From: an uncultured Nitrospiraceae bacterium | GTDB taxonomy: Bacteria; Nitrospirota; Nitrospiria; Nitrospirales; Nitrospiraceae | Length of the DNA: 64,000 nucleotides | NCBI GenBank assembly: GCA_963846575.1 | Contig: CAWJWJ010000002.1 | Span: forward strand, 1,728,001-1,792,000 | Reading direction: 5' to 3' | Shown here: positions 27,838 to 36,820 of the stretch, piece after piece | Position numbering within the stretch: position 1 is the first letter of the stretch | Layout of the letters: every line of letters begins with the position of its first letter | The notes under the pieces: generated by a model | Told to the model about the DNA's origin: nothing | The model's database searches: none | Seen by the model: only the letters and a program-made list of their open reading frames with translations | Translations under genes and position numbers: made by a program

Positions 27838-28965
27838 ATGGCGCATTCCTATACACCAGGGCTCACGGTCACCGAACGGGTTACTGTTCGTCGCAGACGT
27901 ATTCTCCCCCTGCCAGGAACGGTGCTGGTCAAGGTGGGCGAGAGGGTCCATGCCGATACCACGGTCGCCAGGGCGGAATTGCCGGGCAGAGTCATCCCGA
28001 TGAACCTCGCCAACCAGCTGGGGATCGCACCGGACGAGATCAAGGACTACCTCGTCAAAAAAGAACAGGACTCGATCCAAAAGGACGAGGTGCTGGCGGA
28101 GAACAAACCCTTCATCAAGTGGTTCAAAACCGAGATCCGTTCACCCGTCACCGGAAAAATCGAATCCGTGTCGACGATCACCGGTCAGATTCTTTTGCGG
28201 GAACCGCCCAGGGTCTTGGATCTACGCGGCTACATTGAAGGCACCATCGCCGAGGTGCATCCGGAGCAGGGAGTCACGGTCGAAACGAGTTGCAGTCTGG
28301 TGCAAGGCATTTTCGGCATCGGCGGGGAAGTCACCGGCGAGCTGGTCATGGGCGTGACGGCGCCGGACCAGCCTTTGATGCCTGAGCAACTGACCGCCTC
28401 CATGAAAGGGAAAATCGTAGTCGGCGGGGCGTTTCTGCCTGCAGCCACTCTGTCACGCGCCAAAGAAATCGGAGTCATCGGCTTAGTCGTCGGCGGCATC
28501 CACGATAAAGACTTGCGAGCGCTGCTCGGCTTCGATTTGGGTGTCGCCATTACCGGCTCGGAACAAGTCGGGTTTACCCTGATCCTCACGGAAGGATTCG
28601 GGACGATTCCGATGGCTCCGAAAACCTTCTCTTTGCTGTCGGCCCACACAGGTCATCAGGCATCGATTTCGGGCGCGACGCAAATCCGCGCCGGCGTCAT
28701 CCGGCCGGAAATCATCATTCCACAGACGTCCTCGTCCGCCGGATCCATGCCTGACCGGCTCGAGCGCGAAGGCATTCAATTGGGCGACCCGGTCCGCATC
28801 ATTCGAGATCCGCTGTTCGGGAAGATCGGCGCCGTCTCAGGCCTACCTTCCGAACTCAGGACGATTCCGACAGAGAGCCAGGTCCGTGTGCTGGAAGTGC
28901 GGTTTCCGGACGGTACGACCACCACGGTCCCCCGCACCAATATCGAAGTGATCGAAGGAGCCTGA
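27838..28965 (+). CDS. uncharacterised soluble protein with barrel-sandwich-hybrid motifs and C-terminal KOW-like motif
   Basis: VLVKVGERV..., KKEQDSIQKDEVLA, IRSPVTGKI (lipoyl/biotinyl-like halves); GKIVVGG..GLVVGG alpha/beta core; LGDPVRIIRDPLFGKIG. Confidence 0.8.
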   Translation: MAHSYTPGLTVTERVTVRRRRILPLPGTVLVKVGERVHADTTVARAELPGRVIPMNLANQLGIAPDEIKDYLVKKEQDSIQKDEVLAENKPFIKWFKTEIRSPVTGKIESVSTITGQILLREPPRVLDLRGYIEGTIAEVHPEQGVTVETSCSLVQGIFGIGGEVTGELVMGVTAPDQPLMPEQLTASMKGKIVVGGAFLPAATLSRAKEIGVIGLVVGGIHDKDLRALLGFDLGVAITGSEQVGFTLILTEGFGTIPMAPKTFSLLSAHTGHQASISGATQIRAGVIRPEIIIPQTSSSAGSMPDRLEREGIQLGDPVRIIRDPLFGKIGAVSGLPSELRTIPTESQVRVLEVRFPDGTTTTVPRTNIEVIEGA

Positions 28966-28970
28966 GCCGC

Positions 28971-30218
28971 GTGCAGCACCTCGTCCGCATTGGGTCATTC
29001 ATGCTCTTCATCAGCTGCCTGGCACCGCAACTCCTCTCGGCTCAGGCCACGCTAGCCCCGCCGCGCCAGCTGCAGGTGTTCGACACCCCCAGCGATGGGG
29101 GAGGCAGCCTCACTGTGACCTGGGCCGCATCCCCCACCGACAGCGCGAGCGTCAAGTATCAGATCCTCCTTCACGAAGGAGGCGCGCATCAAGACGCCGC
29201 CGGATGGAAAGTCCTCGCCGAATTTCCGGCGAACAGTCACTATGTCCGCGAAGCGAAGGCGGCCTGGTGGACGAAGCCGGGCGCGCCGGACGACCACGTC
29301 TTTTTCGTTAAAAACGGCAAGGGCACGGAACTCAAGGCCGGGCAGTCGTACACCGTCACTGTCGCGGCCGTGAATGGCGAGGAGCGGTCGATCGCCCCAC
29401 CGGTGGTGGCTTCCCCCGAGCCCAACTGGATGAACTGGAATCAACTGAACAATCTGGTGCTGGCCCTGCTGTTCGGGGGCGTCGTGTTTTACGCGATCAA
29501 TCTGGCGCGACGCAAAGAGATCTTTCTGCGACGCATCCCCGGGCTCGACGCGGTCGATGAAGCGATCGGCCGCGCGACGGAATTGGGCAAACCCGTGCTC
29601 TACATGACCGGGGCGCACGATATGCACGACCCTGCCACGATCGCCGCGGCAATCATTTTGGGCCGGGTGGCCAAGAGGGCCGCCTCCTATGAGACAGAAC
29701 TATTGGTCCCGCACCGCGAACCCATTACCATGGCAGTCTGCCAGGAAATTACCAAACAAGCCTATCTCGAAGCAGGGAAGCCGGACCTGTTCAAGGACGA
29801 CGCCAATTTTTTTATCACCAGCGACCAGTTTAGTTACACCGCGGCCGTGGACGGCATCATGCTCCGGCGGAAACCGGCCGCGAATTTTTTCATGGGCTCG
29901 TACTTTGCGGAATCGCTGCTCCTCACCGAAACCGGGGCCAGCACGGGCGCGATTCAAATCGCGGGGACCGATTCGGACCATCAACTCCCGTTCTTCGTCA
30001 CCACCTGCGACTACACCCTGATCGGAGAGGAGCTGTACGCCGCCAGTGCCTACCTGTCGAAGGAACCGATCCAGGTCGGCACACTGCGCGGACAGGACCT
30101 CGGCAAGGCGTTCATCCTCGCCGTCATCGGCATCGGAACGCTGCTGGCGACAGTCGCCGTCGTCACCGGCGCCACCTGGCCGCAGCCGCTCCTCGACCTC
30201 TTTAAGGATCTGAAATGA
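28971..30218 (+). CDS. FN3-like + DUF6754-like membrane protein
   Basis: Signal peptide, FN3-like (DTPSDGGGSLTVTW...YTVTVAAV), TM helix, LRRIPGLDAVDEAIGRATELGKP, QIAGT..QLPFF...DYTLIGEELYAASAYLS, C-terminal TM. Confidence 0.8.
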   Translation: MQHLVRIGSFMLFISCLAPQLLSAQATLAPPRQLQVFDTPSDGGGSLTVTWAASPTDSASVKYQILLHEGGAHQDAAGWKVLAEFPANSHYVREAKAAWWTKPGAPDDHVFFVKNGKGTELKAGQSYTVTVAAVNGEERSIAPPVVASPEPNWMNWNQLNNLVLALLFGGVVFYAINLARRKEIFLRRIPGLDAVDEAIGRATELGKPVLYMTGAHDMHDPATIAAAIILGRVAKRAASYETELLVPHREPITMAVCQEITKQAYLEAGKPDLFKDDANFFITSDQFSYTAAVDGIMLRRKPAANFFMGSYFAESLLLTETGASTGAIQIAGTDSDHQLPFFVTTCDYTLIGEELYAASAYLSKEPIQVGTLRGQDLGKAFILAVIGIGTLLATVAVVTGATWPQPLLDLFKDLK

Positions 30219-30865
30219 TTTTCCTTCGCCGGCAGCTCCCGCTCCTCATCACGATGGTGACCGGTCTGGTGATGGCCGCGCAGTATTACGTGCCCCATCC
30301 GGCCTCGGAGCATCTGCTCACCACCATCACCAAATGGCTTCAGATCATCGGTGGGTTCGCGCTGGTGCTGGGCATCACCAGCCTCTTTCATGTACATGCC
30401 GCAAAAATCAGACGCAAGGAAGCCGGCTGGGGGTATAGCCTCGTCCTCTATGCGGGCATGCTGGGCACCATCGTCGTGGGGCTCTGGAACGGCGGTAAGG
30501 AGAGCATCGACGGGGCGTTGACCGCCTTCGGATGGGTCTATACCTACACGCTCGTCCCGCTCCAAGGGACGATGTTCGCCATCCTCGCGTTCTTCATCGC
30601 CTCCGCCGCTTACCGGTCCTTTCGTGCGCGCAGCCGGGAGGCCGCTGTGCTGCTGGTGGCTGCCGTCATTGTCATGATGGGCCGCGTGCCCCTGGGTGAA
30701 TATCTCCTACCACTCAGCGGGGACCTGTCGAGCTGGATTTTGAACGTGTTGAATGCGTCCGTCCGGCGAGCCATTCTCATCGGAGTCAGCCTGGGGGCCG
30801 TGGCACTTTCATTCAAGATCATTTTCGGGGTCGAGCGGTCCTATCTCGGCGGAGGCAAGGACTAA
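30215..30865 (+). CDS. uncharacterised integral membrane protein (about 6 TM)
   Basis: Hydrophobic segments; FFIASAAYRSFRAR and GVERSYLG; ATGA overlap with the upstream gene. Confidence 0.8.
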   Translation: MIFLRRQLPLLITMVTGLVMAAQYYVPHPASEHLLTTITKWLQIIGGFALVLGITSLFHVHAAKIRRKEAGWGYSLVLYAGMLGTIVVGLWNGGKESIDGALTAFGWVYTYTLVPLQGTMFAILAFFIASAAYRSFRARSREAAVLLVAAVIVMMGRVPLGEYLLPLSGDLSSWILNVLNASVRRAILIGVSLGAVALSFKIIFGVERSYLGGGKD

Positions 30866-30869
30866 TCCC

Positions 30870-31715
30870 ATGAGCTTCGCTGAGCGTATGTTGCGGATCG
30901 ACCGGCGAATCATCTTTCTGGTGATCGGGCTGTGCACACTCTTGCCACTGCTCTTCCCCGTCGGGCTCCCAATCAAGATTTCGTCTGAAGTGCGCGGCGT
31001 GCACGACTATATCGAAGGGCTTCCGGAGGGGTCGGTGTTCCTGCTCTCCATGGATTTCGACCCGGCCTCGAAACCTGAACTCTATCCCCAGGCCATCGCG
31101 ATCCTGCGGCATGCGTTTCGAAAAAATCTCCGTGTTATCGGGATGACCCTTTGGGTGTCAGGCACCGGCCTGGCGGATCAAATCATTTCGCAAACGGCCA
31201 GGGAAGCAGGCAAGGAACCCGGCAAGGATTACGTCTTTTTGGGCTGGAGCCCGGGCGGGAGCGCCGTCATCTTGAACATGGGACAGGACATTTACAATAC
31301 GTTCCCGGCCGACTATGGAGGCCGGGCAACCAAGGGCCTGCCGGTCTTGACGGGAGTGCAAAACCTGCGCGATGTGAATTACGCCGTCAGCCTCGGGGCC
31401 GGAAATCCAGGGGTCGAGGCCTGGTACGTCTTCGGCAAGGACAAGTATAAGTTCGAGCTTGGCGGAGGCTGCACGGGCGTCATTGCGCCGGGTCTGTACC
31501 CGCTGTTGCGAAGCGGCCAGATCAACGGGCTCATAGGCGGTCTCCGTGGAGCCGCGGAGTACGAGACGCTGATCGGGCAGAAGGGGAAGGCCGTCGCCGG
31601 CATGGATGCTCAATCGGCAACGCACTTGGCCATCATCGTGCTTGTGGCGATCTGTAACATGTTTTATTTTGCGTTACGGCGACAACAGCGTCGCCAGGAC
31701 GGGATAGGATCGTAG
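30870..31715 (+). CDS. uncharacterised membrane-anchored protein (TM - alpha/beta domain - TM)
   Basis: DRRIIF+TM, DFDP..KPEL, GKDYVFLG, SGQINGLIGGLRGAAEYE, MDAQS+TM. Confidence 0.8.
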   Translation: MSFAERMLRIDRRIIFLVIGLCTLLPLLFPVGLPIKISSEVRGVHDYIEGLPEGSVFLLSMDFDPASKPELYPQAIAILRHAFRKNLRVIGMTLWVSGTGLADQIISQTAREAGKEPGKDYVFLGWSPGGSAVILNMGQDIYNTFPADYGGRATKGLPVLTGVQNLRDVNYAVSLGAGNPGVEAWYVFGKDKYKFELGGGCTGVIAPGLYPLLRSGQINGLIGGLRGAAEYETLIGQKGKAVAGMDAQSATHLAIIVLVAICNMFYFALRRQQRRQDGIGS

Positions 31716-31720
31716 ACACC

Positions 31721-32476
31721 ATGGACCTCTCCTTCACCGTCATACTCGGCGCCTGGCTCGCCACGGGACTCACCCTCTTCATCTTCTCCTTCCTCTACGA
31801 GGACAATCCGCTGTTCAAACTCGCCGAACATCTCTACGTCGGCGTCTCGCTCGGCTATACGATCGTCAAGACCTATGACACGGTCATCATGACCTTGATC
31901 CTCCGTCCGATCCTCGACAAGGGCGAATGGTCGCTCCTGATTCCGGTCGCCATCGGCACACTCATGTTGACCCGCTATGTCCCGAAAGCCGCCTGGCTGT
32001 CCAGGTATGCCTTCGCCTTCATTGTCGGCGTCGGCGCGGGACTGGCGATTCCCCGAACGATTTCCTCGTTCATCCTGAAGCAGATCGAAGATACCGTCCG
32101 ACCGCTCCTGTCGATCGTGCCGGGCGACGGCGTCACCTTTACCTATTCCCTGTTGAACCCCGCCAGCAACCTGAACGGCATCATCATTCTCGTCGGCGTC
32201 GTTTCGGTCCTGTTCTATTTCTTTTTCTCCGTGGAACATTCCGGACCCGGGAAAATGGTCGCCCGGGCCGGCATCGTGTTTTTGATGATCTCGTTCGGAG
32301 CGGCGTTCGGCTATACGGTCATGGCCCGCATGTCTCTGCTGATCGGTCGGCTGACGGACCTCATCGAGTTCTCCGACGCGTCCTACGGACGACCGACACT
32401 GTGGCTGTTTCTCCTGACCGTTGCGACCCTGATTATCCTCAGCCGCCGCAGTTCCACGCACCCGCCCCGGCAATAG
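31721..32476 (+). CDS. uncharacterised integral membrane protein (about 7 TM)
   Basis: TLFIFSFLYEDNPLFKLAEHLYVG, YFFFS and FGAAFGYTVMARMSLLIGR motifs. Confidence 0.8.
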   Translation: MDLSFTVILGAWLATGLTLFIFSFLYEDNPLFKLAEHLYVGVSLGYTIVKTYDTVIMTLILRPILDKGEWSLLIPVAIGTLMLTRYVPKAAWLSRYAFAFIVGVGAGLAIPRTISSFILKQIEDTVRPLLSIVPGDGVTFTYSLLNPASNLNGIIILVGVVSVLFYFFFSVEHSGPGKMVARAGIVFLMISFGAAFGYTVMARMSLLIGRLTDLIEFSDASYGRPTLWLFLLTVATLIILSRRSSTHPPRQ

Positions 32477-32619
32477 CCGGGACTCGACCAGCCGGATACC
32501 GGGCCTGACGTGGATGAGGACCTGCTGTCGCCAGGTCACGGTGCCTTCCGGCTTTCATGTCGATCCATCTTCCCGGCAGCAGTTGCGCCTGACAAGTTGG
32601 CTCCGTTAGAATGCGCGTC

Positions 32620-33870
32620 ATGGAATCGATCACCACGCCCGCACCCAAAGATCCGGCACGCTGTCCGCTGCTTCGCAACCTTCAATTTTCACCGATCAAG
32701 GAAGGGGAGGAGCAGTACGTCGTGCTCTGGGACCCGACCGGATTGAGCAAGGAACGACTGGTCCTGCCGTTGAATTATTTCTTCATCGTGCAGCACCTGG
32801 ACGGCGAACATACACTTCAGGATATCGGCGCCATCTACCTGAAGCGGTTCGGCGAATTTTTGATGCCGAACAAGGTCGAGCAGTTGTTGGCCGATCTGGA
32901 TACGAAATTATTTCTGGAAGGGGAACGGACCGAACAAGCCAAGCGGCAAGCGCTGGAGACCTATCGCCAGGCGCCCTGTCGGCTGCCGCAGTTTGCCGGC
33001 CGGAGTTATGAAGCCGACGCAGCCAAACTTCGATCCCAAATCAAGAGTTTCTTCACGTCGAAAGACGGGCCGGAGATCAAGGCTTCCGAACATGCAGGCG
33101 CTCCGATCAAAGGGCTGGTCGCTCCCACCTATGAACTCAAACATGCCGGACCGGTCTATGCCTGGGCCTATAAAGAACTCCAGGAGGCTCAGCAGCCCGA
33201 CCTGTACGTGCTCATCGGCACCGCTCATTCCGGCCTCGAACAACTGATGACGGTGACAGATAAGGACTTCGAGACACCTCTCGGGCTCGTCAAGGTCGAA
33301 CGGAGCATCACGGATCGCCTGCGCGCAGCAATTCCTTCCGCCTTCACCGAAGAACTGGCACATCAAAATGAACATGCACTGGAATTTCAGCTGCCTTTCC
33401 TGCAAGAGAGCCTCGGTAAAGAGAGGCCCTTCACGATCGTCCCGATCCTCACGTCGTTCTCAGCGGATAGCCTGCGCGATCCGCAGATCCGGGCACAGGT
33501 CGAGGCGTTTCTTCAGACATTGAAGGATGCCTTGATCGCCTCCGGCAAACCCTATTGTGTGGTGGTCGGGGCGGAACTGGCCCACATCGGCATGCGCTAC
33601 GGCGATTCAGCGCCGCCGACCGATTTCTCCTTCCACCGCTGCATGCAGACCGATCTCGAGATGCTCAAACATGTCGAGAATCGGGACCCCGAGGAGTTTG
33701 CGAAGTTCATCCAGAAGGAAAACGATCAGCGGCGTATTTCCGGTTTCTCGCCGATCTACTCCCTGCTGCGGTTGATTGAGGCGGAGTCGGGTCAGGTGTT
33801 GCGCTACGATCGTGGCATCACCGACCAGTATAATTCCACCGCCACCTATGCCAGCATGGCCTTCTTTTAG
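32620..33870 (+). CDS. amrB: AmmeMemoRadiSam protein B / MEMO1-like, with N-terminal RRE/PqqD-like domain
   Basis: FAGRSY, GTAH, FETPLG, EHALEFQLPF and LAHIG motifs. ATG 32611 is the alternative start. Confidence 0.82.
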   Translation: MESITTPAPKDPARCPLLRNLQFSPIKEGEEQYVVLWDPTGLSKERLVLPLNYFFIVQHLDGEHTLQDIGAIYLKRFGEFLMPNKVEQLLADLDTKLFLEGERTEQAKRQALETYRQAPCRLPQFAGRSYEADAAKLRSQIKSFFTSKDGPEIKASEHAGAPIKGLVAPTYELKHAGPVYAWAYKELQEAQQPDLYVLIGTAHSGLEQLMTVTDKDFETPLGLVKVERSITDRLRAAIPSAFTEELAHQNEHALEFQLPFLQESLGKERPFTIVPILTSFSADSLRDPQIRAQVEAFLQTLKDALIASGKPYCVVVGAELAHIGMRYGDSAPPTDFSFHRCMQTDLEMLKHVENRDPEEFAKFIQKENDQRRISGFSPIYSLLRLIEAESGQVLRYDRGITDQYNSTATYASMAFF

Positions 33871-34000
33871 GCAGACTGCTCAGAATAATCCCTTCACCGT
33901 GGTCCTCGGTTCGCAACAATCTTCACCATAGCCTCTAGCCGGACCTCCCGTCGCGGCACATCCGGACCGGCGATCGAAGTGTTTTCCCGAGCAGCATCTG
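33871..34000. repeat. possible degenerate intergenic element with imperfect inverted ends
   Basis: cagactgctcagaata ... ttttcccgagcagcatctg between convergent genes. Confidence 0.25.
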
Positions 34001-34081
34001 AAACCGCCTTCAACCATGCCGGCTCGAAGCTGATCGACGTGGCCGTGGGACTATCCTGGAGCGACGCACATAAGCTGTTAG

Positions 34082-34474
34082 TTACTCCCGAACGCCGCCG
34101 GCAGGGTCCGTATACCGAGTGGGTTGCGTGAAGCGATCCCACGTGGCGACCAGGCCGTCTTGAAAGTAAACACGAAACTCTGCCGTGATGCAGGCATCCC
34201 GTCCGATCGGGGGATAGAGCCACACCTGCACTCGTTGTCCTTCATCTTCTCGCTCGGTCTTGCATACCGGCTCTCCCAGCGCCAGATAGACCTGATCGTG
34301 GCTCATGCCTCGCATGATCATTCCGCGATCGATCGCCCGCTGAATCCCCTGCGGGTAGGAGGCATACTCTTCCGTCATCAAGCGGTGACGGTGGCGGTCG
34401 CATCCGGTCAGGGCGATGAAGAGCAGCCCAAAGCTACACGCTATGAAGGTTCGAACGCGCAGGAGACCTGTCAT
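34082..34474 (-). CDS. putative lipoprotein (SmpA/BamE-like small fold)
   Basis: Lipobox LTGC; GMSHDQVYLALGEP...WLY...VYFQDGLV pattern. Confidence 0.7.
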   Translation of the reverse strand: MTGLLRVRTFIACSFGLLFIALTGCDRHRHRLMTEEYASYPQGIQRAIDRGMIMRGMSHDQVYLALGEPVCKTEREDEGQRVQVWLYPPIGRDACITAEFRVYFQDGLVATWDRFTQPTRYTDPAGGVRE

Positions 34475-34712
34475 GTGTTAATCAACTGAGTGCACCCGCG
34501 TTCTTGGGCGGGAGCATGTCATGCGGCCGGTTAGAGCCTCCGGATGCAGTTTGCCAACACGAATGTCACAAGAAAAGAGACGACGTCCGGCCAACCGGCA
34601 AGCACCGGCATCGGGGACAAGGAGCAGCGTGAGGGCCCAGGCTATGGACAATGGCCGGCCGGCGCAGGGACGATGGAAGCAAGGCAGGAACCGGTGACCC
34701 GCCGGCGACGGC

Positions 34713-35234
34713 CTATTCCTTCACCGTAACCTTCATGCGAATCGGTTCCAGGGGGTTGTCGCGTTCATCGCAGGGTAACTTCGCAATGAGGTCGATGATT
34801 TCAATTCCCCGAATAATTTCTCCGAAGATGGAATAACGACGATCGAGCCCGCCGTTATCCTGGAGGGAGATAAAAAACTGCGATCCGTTATCGTTGAAAT
34901 CGCGGGTACTGTTTCCATCGCGAGGCATCTTCGCCATGGAAATCGCGCCACGCTTATGAGGACGATCATTGGGCTCGGGATTCAAGAAGAAGCCGGGCCC
35001 GCCGGTTCCGTGGACCATACGGTCTGAGGTCTTGCTCAGCGGATCGCCGCCCTGGATGATGAAGCCCGGCACGACACGATGAAACGTCGTGTCGTCGTAA
35101 AAGCCCATCTTCGCGAGGTTAATGAAATTTTCGACGTGGCGAGGCGCATCATCCGGATAGAACCGGATCTTGATCTCTCCGAACTTGGTGATGATGGAGG
35201 CACGCGGATCTTTTTTCTGAAATTGCATAGTCAT
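34713..35234 (-). CDS. cyclophilin-type peptidyl-prolyl cis-trans isomerase
   Basis: FYDDTTFHRVVPGFIIQGGD, GAISMA and GSQFFI motifs. Confidence 0.93.
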   Translation of the reverse strand: MTMQFQKKDPRASIITKFGEIKIRFYPDDAPRHVENFINLAKMGFYDDTTFHRVVPGFIIQGGDPLSKTSDRMVHGTGGPGFFLNPEPNDRPHKRGAISMAKMPRDGNSTRDFNDNGSQFFISLQDNGGLDRRYSIFGEIIRGIEIIDLIAKLPCDERDNPLEPIRMKVTVKE

Positions 35235-35289
35235 AGCGCTGAATTTAACAGGGGCCTCCTACGAGAGGCAAGCCGGCCCCGGGGAATTC

Positions 35290-36558
35290 TCACCCGTCCA
35301 GCCTCTCCTCCGGATTGATGAAGACCCACATCAGTCCCCCGCAACCGGCGATGAGGGCGGCCACCAGCAAGGAGGCGTTCCACCCCCATTGCTCGGCGAG
35401 CCATGGGGTCAAGCTGGGCGATATGACCCCGCCAATGTTCGCCCCCATATTCATGATGCCCGAGAGGGTGCCGGCATGGGGCTTGGAGAGATCGGTGGTC
35501 ACGCTCCAATAGGCCCCGACGGTAAAATAAAGCCACCCCGCGCCCAAGGAGAGACAGGCAATGGCCAGGTTGTCTGAATCGACCCAGGCACCGAGTGCGA
35601 TCAATCCCCCGGCCAGGAGCATACCGGTCATGCCGACCGTCATTCTGGACCGGGTGATCCCGAGGATCGAGACGAGACGATCCGTGCTCCACCCGCCGAG
35701 CGGACAAAACAATAGGATCGCCACAAAAGGCGCAGCCGCCAGCCATCCGCCCCGCAACAGATCGATCCCTCGCACATTCACGAGATACAGATAAAACCAG
35801 GACATATAAATGTAGGCCACGTACCCAAGACAGGCATAACTTGCCACCAGCCACCGAAGCGACGGGGAACCGAGATAACGTCGCCAGGGAATGGGCAGGG
35901 GCGGAGCGACGGCCGGGCCGCCGGCACGCTGGCCTTCGCGGGAGCAGAGCACCCAGAACAGCGCCACCACCAGGCCCACCGCCGCGGACAGATAAAAAAC
36001 GGTCTGCCAGCGGTAATTGACCATGACCCATGAGGCGAGGGGAGGCGTGATCGCAGCCCCGACGCCGATGCCTCCGATGGCAATCCCGATCCCGAGACCG
36101 CGCTGGGACGCCGGAATCCAATCGGCCACGGCCCGATTGAAATTCGGCAAGGCCACAGCCTCTCCCACGCCGAGAAAAAACCGCACCAGGAGCAGCGCTC
36201 CGACCGTTCCCGCCATCGTGACCAGAGGAAGCGTCGCGGCCACCGCCGTCAAGGCGGTGAACAACGACCACCAGAGCAAGGCGCCGGTCAGCACGACACG
36301 AGCGCCCCAGCGATCGCCGAGCCACCCGCCTGGAATCTGGCAGAGGGCATAGCCGAAGACGAAGGCGGAGAAAATGTATCCCATCTCCTGACTCGTGAGA
36401 CCGTAGGCCGGCATCATCTGGCGCGCCGTCACGGAGATATTGACGCGGTCCATGTAGGTGACCGCGCTGATGGCGAACAACAAGCTGAGGATGCCCCATC
36501 GCGGCCGTCGCAGGGATGGTTCGATGTTCACAATATTCTCCGCGTCGGAAAGCGCCAC
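35290..36558 (-). CDS. MFS transporter, anion:cation symporter (sugar-acid)-like
   Basis: YMDRVNIS, QIPGGWLGDRWGAR and RFFLGVGEA motifs; about 12 TM. Confidence 0.9.
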   Translation of the reverse strand: MALSDAENIVNIEPSLRRPRWGILSLLFAISAVTYMDRVNISVTARQMMPAYGLTSQEMGYIFSAFVFGYALCQIPGGWLGDRWGARVVLTGALLWWSLFTALTAVAATLPLVTMAGTVGALLLVRFFLGVGEAVALPNFNRAVADWIPASQRGLGIGIAIGGIGVGAAITPPLASWVMVNYRWQTVFYLSAAVGLVVALFWVLCSREGQRAGGPAVAPPLPIPWRRYLGSPSLRWLVASYACLGYVAYIYMSWFYLYLVNVRGIDLLRGGWLAAAPFVAILLFCPLGGWSTDRLVSILGITRSRMTVGMTGMLLAGGLIALGAWVDSDNLAIACLSLGAGWLYFTVGAYWSVTTDLSKPHAGTLSGIMNMGANIGGVISPSLTPWLAEQWGWNASLLVAALIAGCGGLMWVFINPEERLDG

Positions 36559-36820
36559 TTACTCGAAGCCGCGCATTATAGACCGGAGCACCGGAATTAT
36601 TCATGACGGGATCCGTCGCAGGCCGTTCGAGTTGGAAACCCGCGAGTGCTTGTCTTGAGCAGGCTCAGCCGGGATTATCCGTTCCACTCTTGGAGCATCA
36701 CGGTTCCGGCGCAACGACATCGGAGCATCCCGCCGAGAAAGCCGGCGATGCGCCGCCGTATGGATTTCACGCCGGCGCATCCAGTACACTGGCATTTTTA
36801 AGTCCATTCATGGAGGTGGA

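Noticed and set aside
35231..36604. 457 aa alternative-frame ORF over the MFS gene
   Set aside because: Arg/Gly-rich off-frame translation of the MFS coding sequence.
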